Of a stretch of DNA of 64,000 bases, positions 52,031 to 64,000 are shown one piece after another (the stretch's first letter is position 1; each line of letters opens with the position of its first letter). This DNA comes from Catajapyx aquilonaris. Its lineage: Eukaryota. The stretch is from positions 1-64,000 of the forward strand of contig JYFJ02000410.1 of assembly GCA_000934665.2 (NCBI GenBank). Reading direction: 5' to 3'. The position numbers and the translations under genes were made by a program. The notes beneath the pieces are model-generated. The model worked only from the letters and a program-made list of their open reading frames with translations, was not told the origin of the DNA and made no database searches.

Positions 52031-52307
52031 ATGACCCCAGGTCACCTCTGGCCACGGGGGCTGTGGCACAAGCGGCCCCCACCACCCTCCCCCAACCCGA
52101 ATCCGGGTCACCACAGTAACCCGCTGACCTCATCCCGCATCCTCCTGGTGCTGTTTCTTCTGCTGTGTGCAAACGGACCCCGGACGCTCCGGGCCAGCGA
52201 GTTCCCGGAGAGGGAATGCTGTGACCCGGTTTATCCGGGGCCCCCGCCCCCGCCCCCCGCTTCCACCACACCGGAACCGATCATCACCACAGCCACCGGA
52301 TTACCAG
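52031..52307 (+). CDS. Gfrl: First coding exon of a secreted/cell-surface protein, tentatively GDNF family receptor-like (Gfrl); no further exon identified in this window
   Basis: GC-rich ORF segment of 92 codons plus 1 nt ending at the donor CCAG|GTAAAT. It encodes a hydrophobic signal-like core (RILLVLFLLLCANG), then SEFPERECCDPVYP and a Pro/Thr-rich linker. The reading frame past the donor becomes AT-rich repeat. The SEFPERECCDP motif is recalled from arthropod Gfrl N-termini, so the identity is from memory and needs BLAST confirmation. The exon itself is more certain than the name. Confidence 0.6.
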
Positions 52308-52319
52308 GTAAATTTTGTT

Positions 52320-53295
52320 TAAAAAATCGCGAAATTTTGCCAAAAATTGAGAAATGGTATGGGAAGTCCCCAAAATGTGCGATGGAGATTACACGTTTTC
52401 AGCAAAATCGTTATGTGACATGTGCAAAGTTTTCTCACAATTCGTGAATTTTTTTGCACAGTTTACGAAATTTTGCGAGGAGTTGAAAATTGCAAAAATG
52501 TGCGCAGTTGAGAAATTGTATGGAAAGTCGCCATACACATTTATGAAGCAAATTTGTTACGTGACATGTGCAAAACTTTGGCACAATTCGTGAAATTTGC
52601 ACGATTTGCAAAATTTTGCGAGAAAATTTGCCCAATTGAGAAATTGTATGGGAAGTAGCCAAAATATGAGATGTGTGGAGGGGATCACAGCTTTTCAGCA
52701 AAAATTTTCTGCGACCTCTAAACAACAACAACTGTGTGTAAAGATTTTCGCAAAATTCATAGTTCGTGACAAGTTGCAAAAAGTGCGATGGAAGTCACAC
52801 ATTTTCCGCAAATGTCTTCTGTAATCTTTCACACTGTCCGAAAATGAGAAAATTAGCAAACTGTGCTGAAGTCACATAAGTCGACAAAACAGTACGACAG
52901 CGTTTCTTAGCCACCTTTTTTGAAGAATTCGCGAATATTCGACGATAAAGGACGGGCCTTGTTCATTTATGACGTCATTTTTATATTTTTAGGGTGGGAA
53001 ATAATTGAGACAGTTGGAAATATAATGCAAAAATGTGCGATGGAGCTGACACATTTTCCGCAATATTTTCGCATATTTCTGCAAAAGTTTTGTATATTTG
53101 TGCAAAATCGTTTACACATATGTGCGAAATTTGCACAATTTGCGCTGTGGTCGTCCCAGTAGTGAATAGTCGACCCAACAGCACGCCAGCGTTTCTTAAC
53201 CACCATTTTTTAAATTCGCGAATTTTCGCGGACAAAAGTCGCCTGATATCAGAGTTGCCTTTCAGAGTGGGAAATAATTCAGACAGTTGGAAATA
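52320..53295. repeat. Degenerate AT-rich tandem repeats at the start of the intron
   Basis: TTGAGAAAT(G/T)GTATGG(G/A)AAGT recurs at about 52348, 52509 and 52637. About 52880-53020 is duplicated at about 53165-53295. Confidence 0.65.
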
Positions 53296-56200
53296 GAGTT
53301 AGCTCCTCACTTCCTTCAGGCGATAGATTAAGGCGACCGTACTGTCCAGATCCTAAACCCAGCGGAAGGGAAGGGGGGGATCGATTCAGTGCAAATATTC
53401 GCACAAACTAAACTTGAGCCCGATTTTGACCCCCCAAGTTAGTCCCCCGGTGTTGCAAGCGGTTGTTTTTCCTCGCGGTCTGAGACCATCGCCCAAAATT
53501 TCATTCCGTCTCTTGGAGCGACACCGCAAGAAAGTTGATAGATGAGCGGAGCTTGGATGGAAGGGAAAAGGCAAGAGAGGGAAGGGAGGACATGACCCGG
53601 AATCGGATTCGAACTGTGCAGAATCTCAATTCGGAGACTCATGTAATATCAAGCTGCCAGGAGTATGCAAATGTCATGCTCCGATGATATGACACGAGTC
53701 GATCTGGAAAAGCGGGGGAAAAAAAAAAGTCTTGAGTGATATTTTCTGCGATGTTGAGACAACACATGACACGGATTACCAATTTCGAGAATTTGTACGA
53801 ATAATAGGCTATTATCACAATTTGCAAATTTCTGTGCATAAATGCAGATTTTTAAAATTCACTAATATGTATACACAATTGGCGATATTACATATTTGCG
53901 AATTTGTACGCTTAATTGAAAATTGTTGAAATATTTATGCGTACGTAATTGAAAATATTCGAAAATTTGCACAATCGGCTATACATAAATATTTTAACAA
54001 TATGTATACACTGCATAAGTTACGTTAAATCTTTGCGAATTTATAAGCACTGTACGTGATGATATCTAATAATTTCGTGAATGTGTACGCACAACTATTG
54101 TAGATTTTAAAAATTGCAGATTTTTACCCATAATAGGATATTTTGACATTTGCGAACGTTTACCCATACTATAGCATAAGTGCAGATTAGAATCATTGGG
54201 ATTTATGCAACCGGATTAATAAAAAAAACGCAAAAAGAACCTGAGGGTAATATTCTGTACCGTATACCTGCTAATGTTAATTATACAATATATTATGTGC
54301 AGGAATTCACAATATCAGACGTAATCGGAGATTTTTGTCGTTAATTTAAGAGCCGTTCACTAATTCAAATTGAAAAATGTAAAAACTGTAGAAATTCGCA
54401 ATTTTTCGCGAATTTTCAGGCTTCACGAAGCTCAAATTGAAATCTTTGAACTATATTACACAAATCATTGGATATTTTCTCTCAATTTTGCTACATAGGC
54501 TACAATAGATAACGCGTCTAATAAAAATATATTGTGAGTTTTGGCACTTTTCAATCTTGTGTGCGAATAATATGATCCACTCCTCTTTTCGCATAAAATA
54601 AATTCGTCGGTTGGTTCAAAGGGGATTTTCTTTAAGAGATTCCTCCTCAACATGTATAGCTAGAAATTGCTGCTTTCCTGACCTTACAAGGTGGACTAAT
54701 TGTTTGTAAAGTATTTTCAATTTCCCGCAAGACTCCCCCCTAGAGCGAAAAGTTTAGCAAGGAACGCCGCTGCGGCCATGTTTTGGCGGCGGTAATAATT
54801 GGGTGGTGTAACCGCACCCGATTGGGACGAAATCCAATGAGAGGGAGAGAGGAAAAGGCGGAGAGAAATCTGCACAAAATAATAATAATAGTAGATTTTG
54901 AGAAAGTATAAGGTTGGGCACGAAAATTGTGCAAATTTTAGTGCATTGCGCACGTAATTCAATAACGACGCACGGTAATGTATTGACGCGCGTGTACTCG
55001 CAGCAATCCTCATTACATGCAATTATCACGGGCTAATAAATCGGGATTAAAATTTGCGAGATAAATATCAGCACTGCGGATTTTCCCACAATCGTGAATG
55101 TGATACCGTGTTCAAGAAATTTTATTTGTTTATTTTTTAATCGAAGAAACAATTATTCTGTTATAATCGCATAATATGAAATTGGTTCGAGTCTGTGCCT
55201 CTGTTTGTCCAGGATGGCAGTAGTGCGCCATCTATGGGACAGATGTGGTACTACATCTACAGCCCGGGCAGTGTTGCCAATTTTTTGATTATGAATTAAT
55301 TATTGTCGGCTTTGTCGCCATACTGTACTGATAGCATTGAAAGAAAATATTTGCATTTCGATTTGAAATTTTGCACTGCCTGACTTCATTTGATATATTT
55401 TTTTGAAAAGAGTTTATTGAAACCACTTGTTTTATATCCAGCATGTGCACCTCATGGTTTTTAAAACCCACTCTCTCTGCAACCCTCCATTCATATTCAA
55501 CCCCTGCAATTTCTGCCCCATAAAAGCCCGAAATTGATAATTTGTTGAATAAGGCCGCCCCCTTTTTTGGGGGGGTATTTATACCGAGCTTTTCCTGTAT
55601 GCCCCGCAACGAATGAAAATGATTGTACCACAGCTTTCCAAAAATTTAAAACCCTGTTTTTAAATATTTCGCTTCCAAACACGAGCCACATTTTATGCCA
55701 TTTTTAATCCCATGGAATCAACCGCATGTATATGAAATCAATAGAGAGCACCGTGTGTGTGTGTGAGCTTACAGGGTGAAACAATAATAATTGGCACTCC
55801 ATATACTTTGCATGAAACGTGCTTTTTACACGTTTAATATTTCCTGACCTAAGTAGGTAGAGTGGTGTACTCAAGTTTATGCATCTATTCTTGTTATGCG
55901 CAATAGCTTATCATTATTGCGAGCGCAAAACTACTGCGACATACCATTAGTGAGGGTAGATGAAAGGCGCGAAACTTTGCTGTCTTGCTGGTAATGCATC
56001 TAGGAATTATGCAAAATGCACAATGCTGGGTCCATTAAATGCCAACGGGTCACACTTTTTTTCCACCAAAATGTCACAGCTACTCCGCCCACCTCCCTTT
56101 GACCATTTATTTTTAACTACCATTCCAGAATTGGCCATTTTTTTTTAAAAAAAAGAGGAAAGGTCTAGCATTTGAAGTGGCAGTATATAAAAAGCTATGC

Positions 56201-59200
56201 TCGTATTTCATTCATGCTCTATTTTTGGACATGTCGTAGTTTAGGTCAGGCTTAATTTAAAAAATGGAGTGAATATTGGAGGCAAAAATGCGCGTAACAT
56301 TATGAGTAAAAACGGTGTCAGTTTGTGGTTTTATTCATGGCGTGATGTAGTTACTGTTATTTCGGCGCCGTCAATCCTGGCTGGTCACAACAGTACTTGC
56401 GTGTCTGGATTTATAAAGCGGCAAACTACCAACGGTGCTAAGGTAGAAGAGTCACAACAGACCCAACAAAATAAATTATATAAATACAATAAACATGTTT
56501 GAGACAAAGTGAATGCTCGTTACAACAATGACCTTTCCTATGAACAATTTTAGCAATGTTGTTACCCCTGCAATTGATTGCTCTGTTGGACCCTATAGCC
56601 TTTCTCCCTGCCTAGAATAAAGTGTGCGTCATGCATTATTTACCTGGTAATTACACTGACAACGATCAGAAATAAGTACAGCTGAACATGTCCGGAAGTT
56701 TGCACTACCTGATACGCCTTTTTTTTGTATCTGTCCAAACAAGACTACATTGTTATCACAAAAATAAATTTTAATATTACACAATGGTGTAAATATTTTA
56801 AGGCATCACAATCATAGAGTTAGTGTGCACCGATTTTTCATCAGGATTTTGTGAGCTTATTCTTCTCTGCTCTATTCTAAAATCGATTACCTGTAATTGC
56901 TATCAGATCGTTAAGGAGTATCCCCCCTCCCAGAGTAAGCGTCATTTACAGGGATTTTTCATTCCGGCGTCACTTTTTTCTGGTTAAACTGGGTTTGAGC
57001 GGCTGATTACCTAGTGACGATTGGAGATAACACCCGGTTCTCTGATAATGTCAGTGCGTTTTGTGTGCTCCAATATGCGCATTATTCAGGATCGAATCGA
57101 GCCTTTCGAAGGTCTTTCGGGGAATCAGATTTCACTCAGCAAACCAATCCATTTTTTTTTTGCTGGTATTGTTGTCATATGTGGGGAGGCCAGCTAATAA
57201 GCGACCAAGGGCTTCTAATGGCGACGGCTAATTGATTTTGTTCATTGTTTATTGCGTCGGTTCTTATACCAAAGGCGCCAGGCGAGATTGTTCTCTCTGT
57301 TTCTTTTTTTTGGCGAGACTTGTGTAATAGATGTTTCCCGAAAATTAGTGGCGGCCGAAGAGAAATTACCGGAATGGAAAAAAGTAATAATGTTAAGTAC
57401 CGAGAGCGGTAGGTATATAGTAGCGTTTTATCTGAACGTTGAGTAAGACTTGGCCTTTTGCATTATTTCGCATGAGGTGGGCGGACTTCCTGTTGCAAGA
57501 ATTATATTGGCGGATGGACGATGCCGGTATTGGCATAATTCTTGCATTCAATTGCACGAGTGCATATGTCTGGTGACGTAAAAGGAGATGTTTCTAAGAA
57601 AATTATTTGCGTCTTGAGCAGCTGTGAATATTTAATGAGTATCCACATTTAGTTGCGAGTTTGCAATTCGTGTCTAAGTTTATTTCTAAATGCAAATGCA
57701 GGTAAGAATATGCAAATTATTAAGTACATGCTGCCAATATGAATAATTAAGCTCAGAATTATTAAATATCACTAAAAGTTAAATTACTGGTCTAACAGAG
57801 TACGAATTTCATAAAGTATATTATTCTGCATTTTTGCTAACATTTCCTGCAGCTTATCAGTGGATAAAAATAGATACAAAGATTTTGCAGACTCATGTGC
57901 ACTCAACTCTGTTCATGTCGCTGCCATTTAAAATTAATGCGAACCTTGCTCTTTTCATTGCATACTTTCTTCCGGACATAAGTAAAGTCTCCAATTATTT
58001 TAACTGTTATTATAAAGCTCACCCTGAAAATATCACCACGAATGTAACGGACAGACATTGAACGTCACTTTTTGCAACAAAATAATGTTAGAGAGAGGGG
58101 GGAAAAAATCGTTCATTAAATCCCCACCGCGTTAACCGATCCTTGTTTCAACGAGCTCTCACAGTAATTACCAAGGCGAGTAAAAAAAATGAGGGTAGAG
58201 AACTCTCATAAAATGTTAAGCACTACTATTTTTGCGAAATTTTCCTGCACTACGACAAACGCACATTATGTCATGTAGTACGCTTCAAGTCCCCTGAGTT
58301 AATCCTAAAATAATTCGCAGGACCCGACACGACCTTTAAAAACTTGAACACAACAGTAAGTCTAGACTTGTTATGTAGCCTACAATAATAAGTTAATTCT
58401 ACAAAATAACCGAGTGCAGGAGTCGATGGGTACTTATTCTGGTATTGTCCCTTTCAGGTATTAATAGCTCATATTCCAGGGAGTTATAGCCAACGAGGGA
58501 GCCCTCTTTTTATAGTCGTTTAATAGACCATAAGATCTGGCCGCTACACCTAACGCATTTTCGTATATAGCCGGTAATATCACTTGCGATACACGACTTC
58601 CTGTCCTTGCATTTTGATATTTTTGGTGTGTCCCAAATTCAAAGTATGGCCCTCCCCATACCACTCCCCTTTGAATATTGACTTTTCTGTTGATACAGTC
58701 CCTTTATTGACCCAAGCAATAGGAGTGTTTGAGTTTCCATGGCGAAACTTGACTGCGAGACATAATCCTCTTTGAAGTATTCGCAACTACCCAGGATGTC
58801 ATAAAAATAAGCACATACATTGTAGCTGTTAAAAAAAACTGTATACGCAAAACGTTGGGAGTTTTAAAAAAAGAGGTCAAACACGATAGGAACTCATTCC
58901 GGCCACTCGGCTCCGATGTCAAACTCCAAATATCCCGGGCGATTCATAACCGGGCGCAATTAACATGATGGCGGCTTTCAATAACGCGTGATTGGGCTGA
59001 CATTAATCGTCACCTTCGTTTGGCTGCGGGCCTAATTGCAAAGCTCTGGCTCTGGCAAAACGTATTATTTTTTTAATACAAAAAAAGGATGTCGACAACC
59101 TGAGAATAAATAAAATAAAATGGCGGTGGAAGTGATAAATAAAATGGCTGGCCGTTTGAAGGTAATAAATAAAATGGAGGACTTCTCTAAGCCTAGAGGG

Positions 59201-62200
59201 GTGGGGATGAATGACTCGGGGGCCATCAAGTCGAAAATAATGGAGGCTGCTCTTTCCCCCATTTGGCGCAGCTAACTGCCTCCATTACTAGCCCGGTCTA
59301 TCTCCTACATTTTGGGGAGGGGGGGGGGGTTGAACTAGAGGAAGGTAAAAAAAAAATGGTGAGTGGCGCTGGGAATGTATGCAGTAGCAACAGGGGTTTG
59401 TTTTGCCAGCGTCTGCTTCGAGGCTCTAAACAAATATAGGGCTCCAGCTCTGGGCCACCCGACACTCTGTGATTAGCATAAATCATGGGACTTTCATAGC
59501 GCAATAACGATTTCCCATTTGCTCACTGATCCGAAAAATGGAAAAGCACTTTATTCTAGGCCCGTGGTCATCTAGGATTTCTCTTTCTATGGACGGTCTC
59601 TACACACACAGAAGAGAAACCCAAATTGCATCCGTGGTCCAGCGTGGTCCAGACATAATTTGGAACCACCCTGCAAAATGTTAGACACATATGAAATATC
59701 GCATATCATCCGATCCCATAATATTGTGAGCTTATCAGGCTACGGTTCCGCAGCTTTGGAGAAACGTTGTCAACAGAGTGAGTGAGAGTTGTCAAGGGCT
59801 AAAATAGACACAACCCAAAATCGTGGCATGTTGCGGGTGACGGAAAGTCAACACTGTTTGGGAAGAGATATCTGCTGTGAAACTTGGGAGGCGCAGCACA
59901 CACACACAACCCAACCGACACCTGAGGCGAGCGCCCAAATTTTGCAAATGCAATTTTGGGCGGCAGTACCAGCCGGTTTCTCCAGGGACAAGGTTTTCTG
60001 CCAAGGGCCATTTGCACTCCCGTATACATTTATGTAGGCAATAATAAATTTTGTCTTGTCAGTTGAAACCGTTTTTCTAAGCGCAAAAAAATTTGGCAAA
60101 CATTCAGACTAATATTCGCAATATTTTACGTCATTGCTGTTGAAGCTGTTCAAGAGTATGTGGCCAACAACAACAAAGTTGTCCGCAATTTTTGACAAAA
60201 TTATCACTAATCGAAGCAGATGTTTCAACTGTACATTTTATAGTAATAAAATCAAAACGTGCAATAAGAGCAGGACTTCCGGCTTACCAGAAGCTCCCCC
60301 CCCCTCTCTCTCTGTTTCATTTTCGCTTGCAAAACTATTTCAATTTTCTTTACAAAAGCCCGGTCGGAATTCCATAAACTATTGTGAGTGTCTGGGAGTT
60401 TGACGCAGTTTACTGGTTTTGGTTCTATAGTCTTCCTATTGACCAAGCTAGAACCAAGTTCGAACTCTCCACATCCCCAAATGGCAATTTCTATTCCTTT
60501 AGTCCCACTTTTGTTACCAGATTCGCCAAGCCCAAAAGGGGGGAGGAGAGGAGAATGCCCGAAAACTATGCGAGTTATTGTTGCCCAGAAGAGAGATGTT
60601 CTTGCTTAGACATTCGGGTTGTTGCAATTCGCATAGGGAGATTTAAATTGATTCAAAATGCTAGAGCATTGTGTGTGCAGATTGCGATAAAAATGGGCTC
60701 CCAGCTACAATATACGTAATTATTAAGCATTTAATTCAGAACAGGTATGAAGTGGGACAAATAAACAAACTTTGCCTTTTATACATACAGATAATGACTG
60801 GTAATATTTAGATCACGTGCTGCAAATATATAAATGAGCAGTTTAATGGGCAAAATATTATAACCATTACTACATTGTGACTGAATCATACTGTAATTGA
60901 CAAACATTGTAATTAGCAATTTTTATATGCATCGATAGAAAATTACAGTGCTGTAAATACCGTACGGTCCACCATCAACTCGGGATGCTGCTGGCAAATT
61001 AGTATCAACTGTTGTATCTCTATTTGTTTTAAATGTTGGCCGTTAATCATCAGTAAAATTTGCAAACAATAGCGTGTAAATAACAACACAAAAACCATTC
61101 CCCCCGGTGCAAATCCGGAAATTATGGGGGGGGGAAAAATTTTCTACCGTGATAGTTTTGGGGAAAATTTTTATACTACGATAAAAATTTACTCGCATCG
61201 GAGTTCATAATCACCGCACTTTGTGGACTTAACACCGACATTGTAAACGGATCTATCAGCAGTTAACATGCCAGCAGGGATTATCTAATCAGGAATAAAT
61301 CTCGCAACATTCCCCCCCCCCTCATATGAGCCACCCCTCGATAACTCTCAATCACACGCCATTCACATATGGAGAGTGGGTGTGTGTAGAGGGGAGGGGG
61401 GTAAAAATGCGCAAAAAAAAATCTGATCAATCACATATTCGGAGAGTATGGTGTTGCAGAAAACTCTCGTTTTTATCTCATTACTGGGGCTGGGCTGAAA
61501 ATCCTAATTGATTTTTTCCCCCCAGCATCCATGGTCCAGGGTTCGAAATGAACAACACGTGGAAATTAATGCCAAATTCTGGTTGTCATTCAAAGGACCG
61601 GGTCGCCATATGCGACGGTAAAAAAATGGCCCATATGCGACACGTTTTTCGGAAAATGAACGCGTCATATTTAAAAAAAAAGTGTCCACTGAAGGCTTCC
61701 AAAATGCTGGAAAAATTCATGGGGGAAAAAAATGTGAAAGTATTTTCCTCGCCATCTTAGCAGTTTTCGCCATATCAGTCAGATACTGTGCATCCGGATT
61801 TTTCCGTTTGCGAAGGTGCGTGACAGATAAGTCCCAAAAGTGTCTGGGGCAAACCGGGGCCTAAAAGAGGCAGCGTTTGGCCCAGGGGCCGGCATTTCAA
61901 TCTCGGCATATATCACTACCCATGCCGAATCGCTTCATCAGGTGGCTTAAGTCGATTTATACTGCCCCATAAAAATTGATGACCAAGGGAGAAAGTGCAA
62001 GTCGCAGAGGGGGGAGGTTACGTTAAGGAAATTGGACGCCCAGGGATGATCTGGGGCTCAGCTAGCATGCACCCAAAATATTTTGTTCAAAAAAAATTTT
62101 TTTTCGAAGTTTAAAAACCGAAAAGTTGTGGTGTGTTAATCAGGAAAGTAGTTAGTGTGTCTGCCATAGATGGCGCACACTCCCTCTCTGCACATTACTA

Positions 62201-64000
62201 CCACTCGGGCCATGCGGAGGAAAGCGGTACTACATGCAACCTGGGCTAACAGTGGCACAGATTGAAGCCTATTTTTATGTAGAATTTTAAGCTGAAATTG
62301 AGCTCAAATTTTTCCATACAGCTATATGCGATGAAAGGACTGAACTTTTGGGACGATTTATTCGTAAGATCAACTCGAAGCGCATTTGGGGAACGGTTAG
62401 AGGCTTTGCTGCACTGAGTTAAGGGGAAAGCAGTTGTTGTTTGGAGGGAGTACGAGGAAGGGAGAGGGGGGGTTCGGTAATGTTTCTGTGGAGCCAATAT
62501 ATATCGTAGCAGTCGGCTGGAAACGTCTCCAGTGCGGTTTCTGAGGACCCTGCGGTGGACCTCCAAAAAATTTCCCCTGAAAATCACGTGGCGCCACAGA
62601 TGTTACCAATAGACGGCATGAATTGTTGTTGAAATTATGCTTTACAAAATATGGCTATAATATAGCTATAATACGACGGAAAAAAATACCAGGCCATGAG
62701 AAAAACTTTGCTGTGTTTTGCTCCATTTTCTTCCCAACATTTCGGAGGATTCAGCATCTGCAACTTGGGGCAATGTCGCAACATCTAGGGAAGGATATGC
62801 CACATTTACGTTTACTGCTATGGTTTTTTTCTTCTTTTTCTTTCTAACCTCCCCATCCGCATCTCTACAGCTCCTTTTTCCAGCCATTATTTTTCCTGCG
62901 GAGCTCCAGACATTAGACCCACCTGCATTGCAGTGTGTATACACATGTAGTACCTTTTATTCATCCCATCTTTCGTGCTCGAAAAACATAAGAGACGAGT
63001 TGGAATGAAAATTGGATTTTAATAATTGATGCTCCGATGTCCTTGCTTGGCTTGCTGATTTAACGTATGTGCAGGTAGAGTAATTAATTATGCCAAGTTC
63101 CAGTTTCAACTTTTGGAACGTAAAACAATGGACGTCACGGTTAAGAGATGATTTAAATTGGGTTTTAAACTGCCTCTAGCAATGTGGGAGTAAGTTTGTA
63201 ATTGCGAGTAATCAGTTGGCAAATTATTGGCCAGACGATTGGAGATTAATTATAGGCGAATCAAGTACTGAGCTTTTACGTAAGGAAGGTATTGTATTAA
63301 ACCAATGAAAATATTTACAAACGAATAGCGCAGATGTAGATTTATATTAAAATGCAACTACTAAAACTTATTTAAAATGGCCTGCTGACATTTTATGTAA
63401 ACGTGAACTGGCATTGTTTTGCACATATTTTTATTAATGCCCTAGTGTGAGAAATATTAAACTTGTAAGAGCCGTTTGAATAATATTATTTTGAAAATAC
63501 CGAGTCATAAGAACCAGTTAAAGAGTAAGAAAAACTCGACTCTGAAAAGTTAGAGAATCCATCAGGCGCAGATTTTCCTCCACTTCGATTTTGCCGCTCA
63601 AGTTTTCAAGCAAAGAGCTATGAAAGTTTCCTTGCAAGTTAACTTCGCCCCAGTCCCAGATCCTAGTTTTCTCTTTTTCCAACTTAAGACACCCCCAAAA
63701 ACTATTTAATGCCTGGCCACTTTTAAGACAAAAGAAAAATCCAGTGACCACCATCGATTATCATTAAACATTTTAAGTGTATGCGACCACATCCCCCCCC
63801 CCACCCCAAATCTTGCAACATTGAATGGGAATATAAAAAAAGCGAAGNCCCCCCCACCCCAAATCTTGCAACATTGAATGGGAATATAAAAAAACGAAGA
63901 GTTGGTTCTAGACGCTATTATCTGTATTGGTTACCGTGACAGATAATTGGCTATTAGGCGCACAGCACGTAGCGTTTAGTTGAATCGAACTTCTCGCATC

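Noticed and set aside
52308..52447. C-terminal part of the 138-aa ORF 52031-52447
   Set aside because: It lies past a good splice donor and consists of AT-rich intronic repeat.
63791..63897. About 55-bp direct duplication separated by an n
   Set aside because: Flanked by poly-C and an ambiguous base, so probably an assembly artefact. The n bases at 2262 and 10921 also sit in C/G homopolymers.

Overview
Eukaryotic genomic DNA, AT-rich, gene-poor and repeat-rich, most consistent with an invertebrate (probably arthropod) genome. Nearly all ORFs in the supplied track are spurious, and the real genes are spliced. Two protein-coding loci are supported. (1) A complete 4-exon c-type lysozyme-family gene (17226-17914, +, 141 aa), missed by the ORF track. 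Both catalytic acids are replaced (Glu35->Gln, Asp52->Ser, hen lysozyme numbering), while all 8 cysteines and an alpha-lactalbumin-type Ca2+ loop (KLLDADVSDD) are kept. (2) The first coding exon of a secreted or cell-surface protein (52031-52307, +; signal peptide followed by SEFPERECCDPVYP), tentatively an arthropod GDNF-family-receptor-like gene (Gfrl). It is preceded by a dense array of AGGTCA/TGACCT half-sites and a uORF that overlaps its ATG. The rest looks like long intron or intergenic DNA. It holds a candidate recursive splice site, TA-flanked foldback MITEs, a tRNA-derived V-type SINE with TSD, non-autonomous Helitrons, a TIR element carrying a tRNA-Met-derived segment, a dispersed repeat carrying a CTCF-like motif, a perfect 87-bp palindrome, and many micro- and minisatellites. 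All calls were made by eye and no database searches were run.
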